Below, in pieces: positions 1 through 9,320 of a stretch of 64,000 nucleotides of DNA (positions within the stretch are counted from its first letter, which is position 1; each line of letters begins with the position of its first letter). Below the pieces are notes generated by a model, which saw nothing but the letters and a program-made list of their open reading frames with translations, was not told the origin of the DNA and did no database searches. Source of the stretch: a virus. The position numbers were made by a program, and so were the translations under genes. The stretch lies in the IMG/VR virus record IMGVR_UViG_3300033273_000550, positions 1-64,000 of that record; one strand, given 5' to 3'.

Positions 1-2
1 AA

Positions 3-161
3 CCACTAGAAGCTTCAGTGATTATTGATGGTAGACATTTACAGATTGACGGATATGATTTATCTCCGAAAGGAATTATAGATTACTTAGAACTTAAACA
101 ACCTATCTTCAGTAAATCAGCTGAATGGGGGCATATGGGTAATGGTTTTAGTTGGAAATAA
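3..161 (+). CDS. metK: S-adenosylmethionine synthetase, C-terminal fragment (starts before window)
   Basis: Own translation: ...YDLSPKGIIDYLELKQPIFSKSAEWGHMGNGFSWK*, matching the MetK C-terminal DL.P..II..L.L..PI....A..GH.G...F.W pattern. Confidence 0.85.
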   Translation, partial: PLEASVIIDGRHLQIDGYDLSPKGIIDYLELKQPIFSKSAEWGHMGNGFSWK

Positions 162-189
162 AAGTAAAAAGAGCTATATTTATAATAAA

Positions 190-713
190 GAAAATCGACC
201 CCAGAGCGATTTTATTTTATATTAACCGACGATCTTAGGACGTCACAAATTTTAAATGATATGAGTACATTATTTTATGAACGTACACCGTTCGACATTT
301 TAGTTAGAAATTTTTTTCAAGACGCCGGCAATTATCTTCCGCTGGCAGAAACCAAAGTTCCTCACCCAGTAGATATTTACACAAACGAAAAAGGTCTCTT
401 TTTCGAAGTAGCTTGTACAGGGATCTCAAAAGAGGATCTTAAAATCGAAACCCAAGATAATACTTTACGAATTAATTACGATAAGTCTAAAGACGCAGCT
501 TGCTGTGAAGTAGGCGATTGTGATTATATCCACAAGGGTATTGCTAGAAGATCTTTTAATTTAGGTTGGAAGATTGATACTAAATTTGATCTTAATAAGG
601 CTAAAGCAGACTTTGCTAACGGACTTTTAAAGATTGAAATTCCTTTTGCTAAAGGATCAGAGTTAAAAACTTTGAAAATTAGCTAAATTTTTACTGCTCT
701 GGGTTTGATTTTC
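190..713. repeat. 18-bp imperfect inverted repeat flanking hsp20 (arms 190-207 and 696-713)
   Basis: GAAAATCGACCCCAGAGC versus reverse complement of GCTCTGGGTTTGATTTTC (GAAAATCAAACCCAGAGC), 16/18 match. Confidence 0.75.
261..686 (+). CDS. Small heat-shock protein (Hsp20/alpha-crystallin)
   Basis: HPVDIY, YIHKGIARRSF, A.F.NGLL.I.IP motifs. Confidence 0.95.
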   Translation: MSTLFYERTPFDILVRNFFQDAGNYLPLAETKVPHPVDIYTNEKGLFFEVACTGISKEDLKIETQDNTLRINYDKSKDAACCEVGDCDYIHKGIARRSFNLGWKIDTKFDLNKAKADFANGLLKIEIPFAKGSELKTLKIS

Positions 714-734
714 GATCATAAAGTATTATATTAT
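705..734 (+). promoter_or_regulatory. Host-type (Bacteroidota -33/-7) promoter upstream of groES
   Basis: TTG-N19-TATATTAT. Confidence 0.5.
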
Positions 735-753
735 AGTTAAATAAAGTTATCAC

Positions 754-1062
754 ATGAAACAGTTATTGCCTTCAAATGACAGACTCCTTCTTAAACCGAT
801 TGATGAGGGAGAACAAACTTACGGAAACATAGTTATTCCTGATATGGGAAAAGAAAAACCTGAAATGGGTGAAGTAATCGCTATCGGTAAAGGTAGAATG
901 TCAGAATATGGACATTTTATTACTGTTAATCACAAAGTAGGCGATATAGTTCTAGTACCCAAGATCGGTACTTTAAGAATCGATTTTGAAGGAGAAGAGT
1001 ACTATATTGCTCAAGATAGAGAGATACTAGCAACCGTAAAAGAAAGTGAAGAAAATGAGTAA
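754..1062 (+). CDS. groES: Co-chaperonin GroES
   Basis: P..DR.L, G.IVIPD..KEKP..GEV.A.G.G, VGD.VL motifs. Confidence 0.97.
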   Translation: MKQLLPSNDRLLLKPIDEGEQTYGNIVIPDMGKEKPEMGEVIAIGKGRMSEYGHFITVNHKVGDIVLVPKIGTLRIDFEGEEYYIAQDREILATVKESEENE

Positions 1063-2695
1063 AAAAATTGTATTTTCCAAAGAAGCTAGAGAAGCTCTAG
1101 CAGTTGGAGTAGATAAATTAGCAAACGCAGTAACAAGTACCTTAGGACCTTCAGGTAGAAATGTTATCATCGAACAAGGTATGGGTAATCCGGTATCAAC
1201 TAAAGATGGTGTAACTGTAGCTAAGTCTATAGAATTAAAAAATAAAGTAGAAAATATTGGTGCACAGATAGTTAAGCAAGCTTCTATTAAAACTGCTGAA
1301 CAAGCAGGTGATGGGACTACTACTTCGACTCTACTGGCACAAAATATTTTATCAGAAGGTATAGATCGATTAAATAATCAAAAAGATCTAAATGCAGTAG
1401 GTATTAAGAAAGGTATTGATAAAGCAGTCAACGATGTAGTTGATTACTTAGAAGGTATCTCAGCTGATATTACTGATGAAGAACAACTTAAACAGATTGC
1501 TTCAATCTCAGCTAATAATGATAGCGAGGTTGGAGAGTTGATTTCAACAGCCATGGACAAGGTAGGGAGAGACGGTGTAGTTACGATTGAAGAATCGAAG
1601 ACTGGCGATACCTATTTAGAAACTGTGGAAGGTATGCAATTCGATAGAGGTTATAAATCCCCTTATTTTGTTACCGACAATAACTCTATGACATCCATTT
1701 TGAAAGAGCCTTACATTCTTATTATCGACAAGAGGCTTAATCAAGTAAAAGAGTTACTTCCTATCTTGGAGGCTGTTTCTCAACAAAATAAATCTTTACT
1801 TATTATTGCTGACGATATTGATGGAGAAGCTTTATCTACGTTAGTTGTAAATAAAATGAGAGGTATTTTAGCTTGTGCTGCAGTTAAAGCACCAGACTTT
1901 GGTGATAGGAAAAAAGCTATAATGGAAGATATCGCTACATTGACTGGAGGAGTAGTTGTATCAACTGAGAAAGGTATGAGATTAGATAAATTTGATTCTT
2001 CTTGGTTAGGTAAAGCTAATAAAGCTACTATTTCAAAAGAAACTACTACGATTATTGATGCTAAAGGTAACGAAGAATTAATCACTCAGAGAGTTGAACA
2101 AATTAAAACTCAGATCGAGGAATCCAATTCACCGTTTGAAAAAGAAAATTTACAAAATAGATTAGCTAAGTTTATCGGTGGAGTAGCAATAGTACATGTA
2201 GGAGGACATACTGAAATCGAAATGAAAGAGAGAAAAGATAGAGTAGAAGATGCTTTACATGCTACTAAAGCTGCATTAGAAGAAGGTATCTTACCGGGTG
2301 GTGGTATTGCTCTATTGAATGCTTCTAAAGAACTAGTCGGTAAAGTAGGAACCCTAGAAAAAGAAGACCAAGTAGGTTACGATATTATAATTAATGCTAT
2401 AGAACAGCCTTTCTACAAAATTCTTAGAAATGCAGGTTATGAAGAGCAAGAGATTTATGATACTGAAGAGCATATTATAGAAGAAGGAGATATCTGGTTC
2501 GGGTATAATCCTAGATCAGGTGAGTACGTAAATATGTTCAAACAAGGTATTATCGACCCTACTAAAGTAACCAGATTAGCATTAGAAAATGCTGCTTCTG
2601 TAGCCGGTACACTACTTATTACAGAGGCTGTTGTTGCTACTGGGAAAGAAAAGAAACAGCAAGGAAATATTGACCCTAGTATGTTACTAGGATAA
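1055..2695 (+). CDS. groEL: Chaperonin GroEL
   Basis: TLGP.GRNV, TKDGVTVAK, AGDGTTT, EGMQFDRGY motifs; ATG at 1055 preferred over GTG at 1046. Confidence 0.99.
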   Translation: MSKKIVFSKEAREALAVGVDKLANAVTSTLGPSGRNVIIEQGMGNPVSTKDGVTVAKSIELKNKVENIGAQIVKQASIKTAEQAGDGTTTSTLLAQNILSEGIDRLNNQKDLNAVGIKKGIDKAVNDVVDYLEGISADITDEEQLKQIASISANNDSEVGELISTAMDKVGRDGVVTIEESKTGDTYLETVEGMQFDRGYKSPYFVTDNNSMTSILKEPYILIIDKRLNQVKELLPILEAVSQQNKSLLIIADDIDGEALSTLVVNKMRGILACAAVKAPDFGDRKKAIMEDIATLTGGVVVSTEKGMRLDKFDSSWLGKANKATISKETTTIIDAKGNEELITQRVEQIKTQIEESNSPFEKENLQNRLAKFIGGVAIVHVGGHTEIEMKERKDRVEDALHATKAALEEGILPGGGIALLNASKELVGKVGTLEKEDQVGYDIIINAIEQPFYKILRNAGYEEQEIYDTEEHIIEEGDIWFGYNPRSGEYVNMFKQGIIDPTKVTRLALENAASVAGTLLITEAVVATGKEKKQQGNIDPSMLLG

Positions 2696-2710
2696 TTTAA
2701 ATTTGTAAAT

Positions 2711-2881
2711 ATGAATAAACAAGAACTATTTGAGCAGATTGCAGAGCAGTTTGCCATTCTACAGGAAAACAATTCCGGAACTACTAAAGCATCTCAAGCT
2801 AGAGCTAGAAAGGCTGCCGGAGAAATTAAAAAGCTGATTACTCCATACAAGAAAGCTAATATGGACGAAGTTAAAGGGTAA
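2711..2881 (+). CDS. Small basic histone H1-like (Hc1-type) protein, 56 aa, not in ORF track
   Basis: MNKQELFEQIAEQFAILQENNSGTTKASQARARKAAGEIKKLITPYKKANMDEVKG; KA...RARKA..E.KKL..Y.K resembles the Bacteroidota Hc1-like family. Confidence 0.7.
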   Translation: MNKQELFEQIAEQFAILQENNSGTTKASQARARKAAGEIKKLITPYKKANMDEVKG

Positions 2882-2904
2882 CTATTTATTAGTAACCCGT
2901 AATA

Positions 2905-2928
2905 AAGAGGGGCTCCGGCCCCTTTTTT
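2905..2928 (+). terminator. Intrinsic terminator after chaperone operon
   Basis: AGGGGC-TCCG-GCCCCT stem-loop followed by T run. Confidence 0.85.
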
Positions 2929-2933
2929 AGTTT

Positions 2934-2972
2934 GTGGGGGCTGTTTTTTACTCCGACGAAGTCGCCACGCGC
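2934..2972. repeat. 39-nt GC-rich structured element, copy 1
   Basis: GTGGGGG-N13-CGAC-GAA-GTCG-CCACGCGC; same length and architecture as 49634-49672. Confidence 0.7.
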
Positions 2973-2987
2973 GAATATTTATAATAT

Positions 2988-3827
2988 ATGCAGTTACAAG
3001 AGCCAAAACAGATATACTTTACCAAACCGAATTCAAGCGTTAAATGGATGTCAACCGATGGTGAATGGGAGTGGAGAAATAATTGTGCTAAATTCCCCGA
3101 TGATAAAGATCTTTTATGGTATAAAGACAATCCTATAGAGTATTCGTTTAATAACTACGGATATAGAACACCGGATGATTTTGTTGAAGGAGCAGAAGGT
3201 AATGCGTTTTTAGGATGCAGTCATACCTTTGGTATAGGACACCACTTGAAAAATGTATGGAGTTATAAAGTTAGTAAAAAAATAGGCGGGAAGTTTTTTA
3301 ATCTTGCACAACCCGGTCGTGGTATCGGAACAGCAGCACGAGTGTTGTGGGCGTTTAAGGATATGTTAAAGATAAAAAATGTTTTTCTTTTTGCGCCTCA
3401 TCCTGCTAGATATGAATTATATGATCCCTATAAAGAAGCATGGACAGTTGTTGCACCGGCATTTAATTATCCTACGTCTACAAATCCTATCTTGGATCTT
3501 CCCGACGAAATGCGATACATCCTAGCAGATGAAAATAATGTGCAATTTTACTACGCTACTAATTTTGCGTTTATAGAACAAATATGTAGAGAAATCGGCG
3601 CGAGACTCTGGAGTGTACCTATGCCGAGTTTTAGACAATGTGGTGATTCTGTGGTTCCATGTCGAGCTAGAGATTTAATGCATCTTAACGCACTAATTCA
3701 TATGAAAATTGCAAAAGATTTCTTATATTCATATAATAATAATATTGAACCGTATCGTGAGGCTAATATGGCTCGATATAATTTAGTAGTAAACAGTAAA
3801 GTTAAAGATAAAGATAGATTAATTTAA
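2988..3827 (+). CDS. SGNH/GDSL-like hydrolase-fold protein
   Basis: Y.FN.YG.R, FLGCSHTFG, FNLA.PG.G and RD..H motifs. Confidence 0.65.
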   Translation: MQLQEPKQIYFTKPNSSVKWMSTDGEWEWRNNCAKFPDDKDLLWYKDNPIEYSFNNYGYRTPDDFVEGAEGNAFLGCSHTFGIGHHLKNVWSYKVSKKIGGKFFNLAQPGRGIGTAARVLWAFKDMLKIKNVFLFAPHPARYELYDPYKEAWTVVAPAFNYPTSTNPILDLPDEMRYILADENNVQFYYATNFAFIEQICREIGARLWSVPMPSFRQCGDSVVPCRARDLMHLNALIHMKIAKDFLYSYNNNIEPYREANMARYNLVVNSKVKDKDRLI

Positions 3828-4546
3828 TGAATAAATACTTAGTAGTTATATGCGGACACCTTACAGAAGGTTTTAAATCTCAAATTAAGGAGTATATTAA
3901 TTACCTTGATCTTGATGAATCCGATATAATGGTTGTAAGTGATCAAGACAACTTTAAAGATTTCTTACCAGAGTATAAATTCTATCCTGTTGAAAAGGAT
4001 GATAGGTTTGAATTATTTCCTTTTATTTGTTTAGATGAAGCTGATTACCATAAAATTAAAACAGAAGTAGAGCATCAAAGAGTTTATGAAGAATGCTTCT
4101 TTATTAACACACATATAGAGCTGTTTAACTTTCTTCCTGGTAAATTTAAGAAGACTAACTATAGAACAGTATCATTATTTGACCACCAAGAGTATAGTGT
4201 AAGAAAAGATTACAGAACTGAATATGATAAAGTATATCATCCTCCTCATTTATACGGTAAGGATTTTAGAAATATGGAGTATAAAGATGATATAAAAGTT
4301 GTAACTCAATTTATAAATATAGTTGTACCTACTGCTGCTTTTTTTCATTGCCGTTCATTGGAATTTTCTAATATAGCTAAATATTATAAAGCAGAAGAAT
4401 GGAAAGAATTAGATACAGGTAAGTGGAGTGCTAGAGCACTTTATCCACATGGTACAAAAGAAGTAGGTCCATATTATGCTCATCCTAACGCTGTACTTTA
4501 CTGGTTAATAGAAAAATTATTTTTTGCAAGAGAATATGTCACGTAA
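3827..4546 (+). CDS. Hypothetical protein, possibly glycan-modifying
   Basis: Coupled ORF; N-terminal LVVICGHL resembles the neighbouring gene. Confidence 0.5.
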   Translation: MNKYLVVICGHLTEGFKSQIKEYINYLDLDESDIMVVSDQDNFKDFLPEYKFYPVEKDDRFELFPFICLDEADYHKIKTEVEHQRVYEECFFINTHIELFNFLPGKFKKTNYRTVSLFDHQEYSVRKDYRTEYDKVYHPPHLYGKDFRNMEYKDDIKVVTQFINIVVPTAAFFHCRSLEFSNIAKYYKAEEWKELDTGKWSARALYPHGTKEVGPYYAHPNAVLYWLIEKLFFAREYVT

Positions 4547-5288
4547 AAAGATAGCAATACAATTATCAGGTCATATACGAAACTTTGATTTAATTCAACA
4601 GTTTCATGAGTATGTAGATAAACATTACAAAGACAGCGAATACGATATTGATTGGTTTGCATCTTGTTGGATTCATGAAGAGTATACTCTATCTTCTACC
4701 GACATATGGGCAGATTATGAAGAAATAGATTTTAATTCAACTGCGACTTATCCTCGATTTGGTGAAAATAATGAAAAGTATACATATCTAATCCAGAGAG
4801 TTAATCTTTTAAGAAATAAATACGAACGAGAAAACAAGGTTAAATACGATATGGTACTTTGGACTAGAATAGATATTACCTTACATATAGATGTTCTAGA
4901 TAAAGTTTTTAAAGATAACCATTTAAATGAAAGAACATTATACGTTCCTGGTAGTATTCAAGCTAATAAAGTTGGCCCAGCTTATTACTATTCGCTAAAT
5001 GATAACGGTGCATATGCTCTTCCTTGGGTAATGGATATTTACGCCAATATGTTTTTGTATGGATACTGTGATAAAGAGTTTAACAAGTTTCCTTGTTCTC
5101 ATGCTATGAATCCATTTTTTATGATATCTAATACTTTATTAGCTCGAGGATGTCCTTTTGAATATAGCTTGGTTAGAGAAATGCATAGAGGTAAAATTAA
5201 AATGATAATAAAGAATGAAGGAATAGATAAATGGATGAGTAAGTACCATAAGTTACGTAAAGATGATGAAATAATCCCAGAAGAATGA
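4536..5288 (+). CDS. Putative glycosyltransferase-like protein
   Basis: KIAIQLSGHIR...YDMVLWTRIDI pattern seen in phage GT-like proteins. Confidence 0.55.
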   Translation: MSRKKIAIQLSGHIRNFDLIQQFHEYVDKHYKDSEYDIDWFASCWIHEEYTLSSTDIWADYEEIDFNSTATYPRFGENNEKYTYLIQRVNLLRNKYERENKVKYDMVLWTRIDITLHIDVLDKVFKDNHLNERTLYVPGSIQANKVGPAYYYSLNDNGAYALPWVMDIYANMFLYGYCDKEFNKFPCSHAMNPFFMISNTLLARGCPFEYSLVREMHRGKIKMIIKNEGIDKWMSKYHKLRKDDEIIPEE

Positions 5289-5767
5289 ATATAAATTTAA
5301 AAAATTACATTAACGAAATTCCTGACTTTCCTATTGAAGGAATACTTTACAAGGATATTCAACCTCTATTACAGAATAGTATAGCCTTTAACGCTGCTGT
5401 ATCTGAAATGTACTACTTAGTTAATAAACCGGATTACTGGGTTGGAGTAGAATCTAGAGGATTCATATTTGCATCTGCTCTTGCTATCAAATACGGTGGA
5501 GGAGTAAAACTTATAAGAAAACCTGGTAAGCTTCCAAACAAAAATATTCAGTCAGTAGAATATAAGTACGAATACTCTGAAGGTAAATTAGAAATGAGTA
5601 TGGGTTCCGGAACAGTAGTGATTGTAGATGACGTATTTGCAACTGGCGGTACTATCGAAGCTTCTGAGGAATTAGCAAACACTTGCGGTTACGATGTAAT
5701 CGATAAAGTATGTCTTGTAGATTTAGGTATTTCAAGTTACGGTATTAAATCAGTAATACAGTATTAA
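5285..5767 (+). CDS. apt: Adenine phosphoribosyltransferase
   Basis: IPDFP..GI..KDI, GVESRGF, RKPGKLP, VVIVDDVFATGGT. Confidence 0.95.
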   Translation: MNINLKNYINEIPDFPIEGILYKDIQPLLQNSIAFNAAVSEMYYLVNKPDYWVGVESRGFIFASALAIKYGGGVKLIRKPGKLPNKNIQSVEYKYEYSEGKLEMSMGSGTVVIVDDVFATGGTIEASEELANTCGYDVIDKVCLVDLGISSYGIKSVIQY

Positions 5768-6459
5768 TGCAAAAGTATTTATATGTAAATGGTTGTAGTT
5801 ATACTGCCGGAGATAATCTTAAGTTAGAAGAAACCTGGCCTTTTAAATTAGGAGAATTGTTAGGTGTAAGAAACGTAATGAACAAAGCTGTTAACGGCAA
5901 TTCAATGTTCGCTATTTCCCATACTACTTTTCATCATTTAGAGCAACTATCCCCAGAAAATATATATGTTGTGATAGGTATGACGTGGAAAGGCAGGAAA
6001 GGATTTTTATTTGATAATTCTACCATTAATATTACCCCTGCAGATTTAGCTAAAGAGAAGCCTTATTATAAAGATAAGATATCAACTAACAGAAGATCAT
6101 GTGCAGTACATGCTCTTGATAATAACCACCGTATAAAAAATAAAATGTGGGCTGACTGGATAAAAAATGATGAATTAGAAAATACTGCACAGCTCTATAC
6201 TGATCATTATAAGAAGTTAATAGAGAACGATCCTCATTTAGATAGAAATTTAGATTTAGAGTACAAGTATTACTTATCTATGCTCGAAAATTACTTAATA
6301 TCCAGAGGCTTTAATTATATGTTTGTTGATTTTCAACAATATTACCTTACTAAGAAGTTTCTTAACTTTAAAATAGAAGACAATCCAACACTACATCCTA
6401 CCGCAGAAGATTGTACTAAAATAGCAGAATTTTTATATAGAAAATTTACAGATGAGTAA
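5767..6459 (+). CDS. SGNH-like hydrolase-fold protein
   Basis: YVNGCSYTAG, N.A.NG.S and C-terminal HP motifs. Confidence 0.65.
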   Translation: MQKYLYVNGCSYTAGDNLKLEETWPFKLGELLGVRNVMNKAVNGNSMFAISHTTFHHLEQLSPENIYVVIGMTWKGRKGFLFDNSTINITPADLAKEKPYYKDKISTNRRSCAVHALDNNHRIKNKMWADWIKNDELENTAQLYTDHYKKLIENDPHLDRNLDLEYKYYLSMLENYLISRGFNYMFVDFQQYYLTKKFLNFKIEDNPTLHPTAEDCTKIAEFLYRKFTDE

Positions 6460-6991
6460 AATATTATTATTATCGGCAACTAAATATGAACACGGTTTAG
6501 ACTCGTTATTTGATATTCCAATCTATACTATCGGTATAGGAAAAATAAATGCCTCGGTCAATACTGCTAATTTAATTAAAGAAATTAATCCTGATTTTGT
6601 AATTAACTTTGGCTCCTGTGGTAATTTAAAAAACTATAAAGTAGGAGAGGTTTTAGAGGTAGGAGAAGTAGTTGACGATTTAGATACTCAAGGGTACTAT
6701 ATACCTCCTAATCTTAAACTAAATTCTGCTTCTGATATAAAATGCTTAACCACAGATCATATGTATGATAGTTCTCATACCAATTATATAGATTCATATC
6801 TCAAGCTAATAAAAGAATGTGATATAGTAGATATGGAGTTATTTGGTATTGCAAAAGCTTGTTACATTGCTAATAAACCTCTCTATTCATTTAAATGGGT
6901 GTCTGATGATGGAAGTAATGATGATTGGTTAAAAAATGCTAGAGCAGGTTTCGAAAATTTTAAAATACTTTTCGATAACATATTTTTATGA
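6452..6991 (+). CDS. MTA/SAH nucleosidase-like (PNP/UDP phosphorylase family)
   Basis: GIGKINAS, VINFGSCG, VDME, KWVSD motifs. Confidence 0.85.
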   Translation: MSKILLLSATKYEHGLDSLFDIPIYTIGIGKINASVNTANLIKEINPDFVINFGSCGNLKNYKVGEVLEVGEVVDDLDTQGYYIPPNLKLNSASDIKCLTTDHMYDSSHTNYIDSYLKLIKECDIVDMELFGIAKACYIANKPLYSFKWVSDDGSNDDWLKNARAGFENFKILFDNIFL

Positions 6992-7551
6992 AAATACTCT
7001 TAACAGCTTCTGCCCGCTCAGGTTCAACAGCTCTTGCTTCTGCTATTGGTAAGATATTAAAATACCCAGTAAGATTTGAACCTTATGATAAATGGGTTGA
7101 GACTAAACAACCTGTTAGTCTTAAAGCCGATAAACTGATAGAGAAGAATATAGTAGATCAGATACCAAAAGAAAAGTTTTCGGAATATAGTAAGAGGTTT
7201 GATAAACTTATTTTTCTTACTAGAGAAAATTTATTAGAAGCATATGAAAGCTTTTATTATAAAGTATACCATCAACCAGGCAACTGGCATAGTTACTATA
7301 CAGTAAAGGAAGGCGATATACGTATGGATCAGGAAATATACGATAGGTTAGAAGAAAATCATAAATTAGTAAAATCTCTTGCATATATGAATAATATTTC
7401 ATATATTTCTTATGAAGATATTTATTCAAGCAATTATGATACCTATCTTAATGCCTTTAGTAAACTTCAATTAGATTTGGATCCTATGGAGTTAAAAACA
7501 TACTTAGATCCTAAACATAGATATAGAAAATTTAAAAAAACGGTTATATGA
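6988..7551 (+). CDS. Sulfotransferase-family protein
   Basis: PAPS-binding ARSGSTAL, FEP, LTR.N and SYEDI motifs. Confidence 0.75.
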   Translation: MKILLTASARSGSTALASAIGKILKYPVRFEPYDKWVETKQPVSLKADKLIEKNIVDQIPKEKFSEYSKRFDKLIFLTRENLLEAYESFYYKVYHQPGNWHSYYTVKEGDIRMDQEIYDRLEENHKLVKSLAYMNNISYISYEDIYSSNYDTYLNAFSKLQLDLDPMELKTYLDPKHRYRKFKKTVI

Positions 7552-7733
7552 GCGATACAGTAAAAAAGTATTTTGAAATGGTCGAAGCAGGAGAGATCGA
7601 AGATACTCTCAATGTAACTCCTGCACCAAATTTTCCTAGTGAAGGAGCAAAAAAAGAGGCTTATACTATTCTCTGTACATATAGAGAGGAGTCTATTTTA
7701 GAAGCAGCAAGGATTTTAAAGAGTGGAAAATAA
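7548..7733 (+). CDS. Hypothetical protein
   Basis: Overlap-coupled ORF. Confidence 0.6.
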   Translation: MSDTVKKYFEMVEAGEIEDTLNVTPAPNFPSEGAKKEAYTILCTYREESILEAARILKSGK

Positions 7734-8409
7734 ATACTGGCCTAGAGAATCTAGAGCAAACCAAACATTCACCAGATCAGGATCTGATAATAGTGACTTG
7801 AATACCTATACCTATAACGAAATAGGTTTTAGAGGAGATTCAATTAAGGTACCTATTCATATGTTAGCAATTGGGTGCTCTCATACTGAAGGTATAGGAG
7901 TTAATGATAATGAAACCTGGCCTTACTATCTAGCTAAGGAATGTGGATGGAATCATATCAATATGGGCTTTACCGGTAGATCAAATGATTATATTAGTAG
8001 AATGACTTTAACCTACTTAAAAGAGTTTGATCCTGAGTTTTTATTTATAATGTACACTTATACAAATAGACGAGAATATTTTACTAAATATGGATATCAA
8101 CCCTGGCATCCTTCCCCTTGGGGTTACTTTAAAGATAATTATCAAGAATATAAAGCATTTGCTGATTTAAGCAATCCCGAAGCAGATATGGAAAACTACA
8201 GGAAAAACAAACAAATAATTGAAATAGCCTGTAAGGAAAATAACACTAAGCTTATTTGGAATGGTACCTTTACCGAGGATAAAACTCCAGAGGTTAATAG
8301 GTTTGACGGTAACTATAATATTAGTCACGGAAAGCATGCAACAGCTGAAGAAAATAAAAAATATTCTAGTGAGTTAGTTGAATTTCTGAAAAAAAATCAT
8401 TATATTTAA
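7723..8409 (+). CDS. SGNH-like hydrolase-fold protein
   Basis: YTYNEIGFRG, GCSHTEG, INMG..G.SN and late His motifs. Confidence 0.65.
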   Translation: MENKYWPRESRANQTFTRSGSDNSDLNTYTYNEIGFRGDSIKVPIHMLAIGCSHTEGIGVNDNETWPYYLAKECGWNHINMGFTGRSNDYISRMTLTYLKEFDPEFLFIMYTYTNRREYFTKYGYQPWHPSPWGYFKDNYQEYKAFADLSNPEADMENYRKNKQIIEIACKENNTKLIWNGTFTEDKTPEVNRFDGNYNISHGKHATAEENKKYSSELVEFLKKNHYI

Positions 8410-8411
8410 TT

Positions 8412-8930
8412 ATGATTAGACTTCCGCACGAACCTAAACAGTCTCGTAAATGGATCGAAAGCTATCTTAGTAAGAGATATTTCAAGAAACCTTACGATAG
8501 GTTTATGTGGTGGAGAGGATATACTCCTAAGAACAAACCTCTTCATAAGAATAAACCTTTTATCGAAAAGATAAAGAATGGTGACTATGAAGTAGGACCT
8601 TACCTATGGGAAGTAGAACTGGCAAAGCATACTATTAATGATAAGTTTCTAAAGTGTAGAACTACTAACGGAGATGTTGATTATGGAGTATTTAACTCAG
8701 AAACTTCTATTGATAAAGCTAGAATAAAAAGACTTAACCAGGATCATGAGAAGGAAGAAGTAAAGAAGCTTCAAGAGGTAAAGAAAGGTTTCTTAACTGT
8801 TTTTAAGATGACTAGTGAGCAGTATGAGGAAGAGGTACTTAATACGAATGCAGAAGAACTTATAGACTTTTATTTTGAGATGGAAGATAAGTATGGAACA
8901 TATTGGAAACCATTAAAAAAGTTAGGATAA
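8412..8930 (+). CDS. Hypothetical protein
   Basis: 172-aa ORF in operon. Confidence 0.7.
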   Translation: MIRLPHEPKQSRKWIESYLSKRYFKKPYDRFMWWRGYTPKNKPLHKNKPFIEKIKNGDYEVGPYLWEVELAKHTINDKFLKCRTTNGDVDYGVFNSETSIDKARIKRLNQDHEKEEVKKLQEVKKGFLTVFKMTSEQYEEEVLNTNAEELIDFYFEMEDKYGTYWKPLKKLG

Positions 8931-8985
8931 ACATGGGTTAAACCTATTTTTATATATATTTATTTTAAACTATAACAATTAAATT

Positions 8986-9315
8986 ATGCTTTATTTATTA
9001 CTTGCTGTTGTACTTGGAATCGGTGCAGTAGTGTACCTTACTCAAAAGGGTAAGATTAAAGATTCTGATGGAGATCTAATTCCTGATGTTGTCGAAGACA
9101 AGGTTGAGGAAGTAAAAAAGACTGCTAGAAAAGTGAAAGCAGCTGCTAAAGAAATTAAAGAAGAGGTAGACGACGTAGTTGAAGAGATTAAAGATGTAAT
9201 CGAAGAGACTAAAGACGTTGCTGATGCCATTAAAGGCACTAAAAGGAGAGGCAGAAAACCTGCTGCAAAGAAACCTGCTGCAAAGAAACCTGCTCCTAAG
9301 AATAACCAGAAATAA
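8986..9315 (+). CDS. Membrane-anchored protein with DSDGD motif and basic KPAAK tail
   Basis: N-terminal TM helix, DSDGDLIPD, C-terminal KPAAK repeats. Confidence 0.75.
   Translation: MLYLLLAVVLGIGAVVYLTQKGKIKDSDGDLIPDVVEDKVEEVKKTARKVKAAAKEIKEEVDDVVEEIKDVIEETKDVADAIKGTKRRGRKPAAKKPAAKKPAPKNNQK
9256..9300 (+). repeat. 15-bp coding tandem repeat x3
   Basis: AAACCTGCTGCAAAG x2 plus AAACCTGCTCCTAAG. Confidence 0.9.
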
Positions 9316-9320
9316 TTTTT

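Noticed and set aside
162-753. CIRCE/HrcA operator for the chaperone genes
   Set aside because: TTAGCACTC-N9-GAGTGCTAA not present
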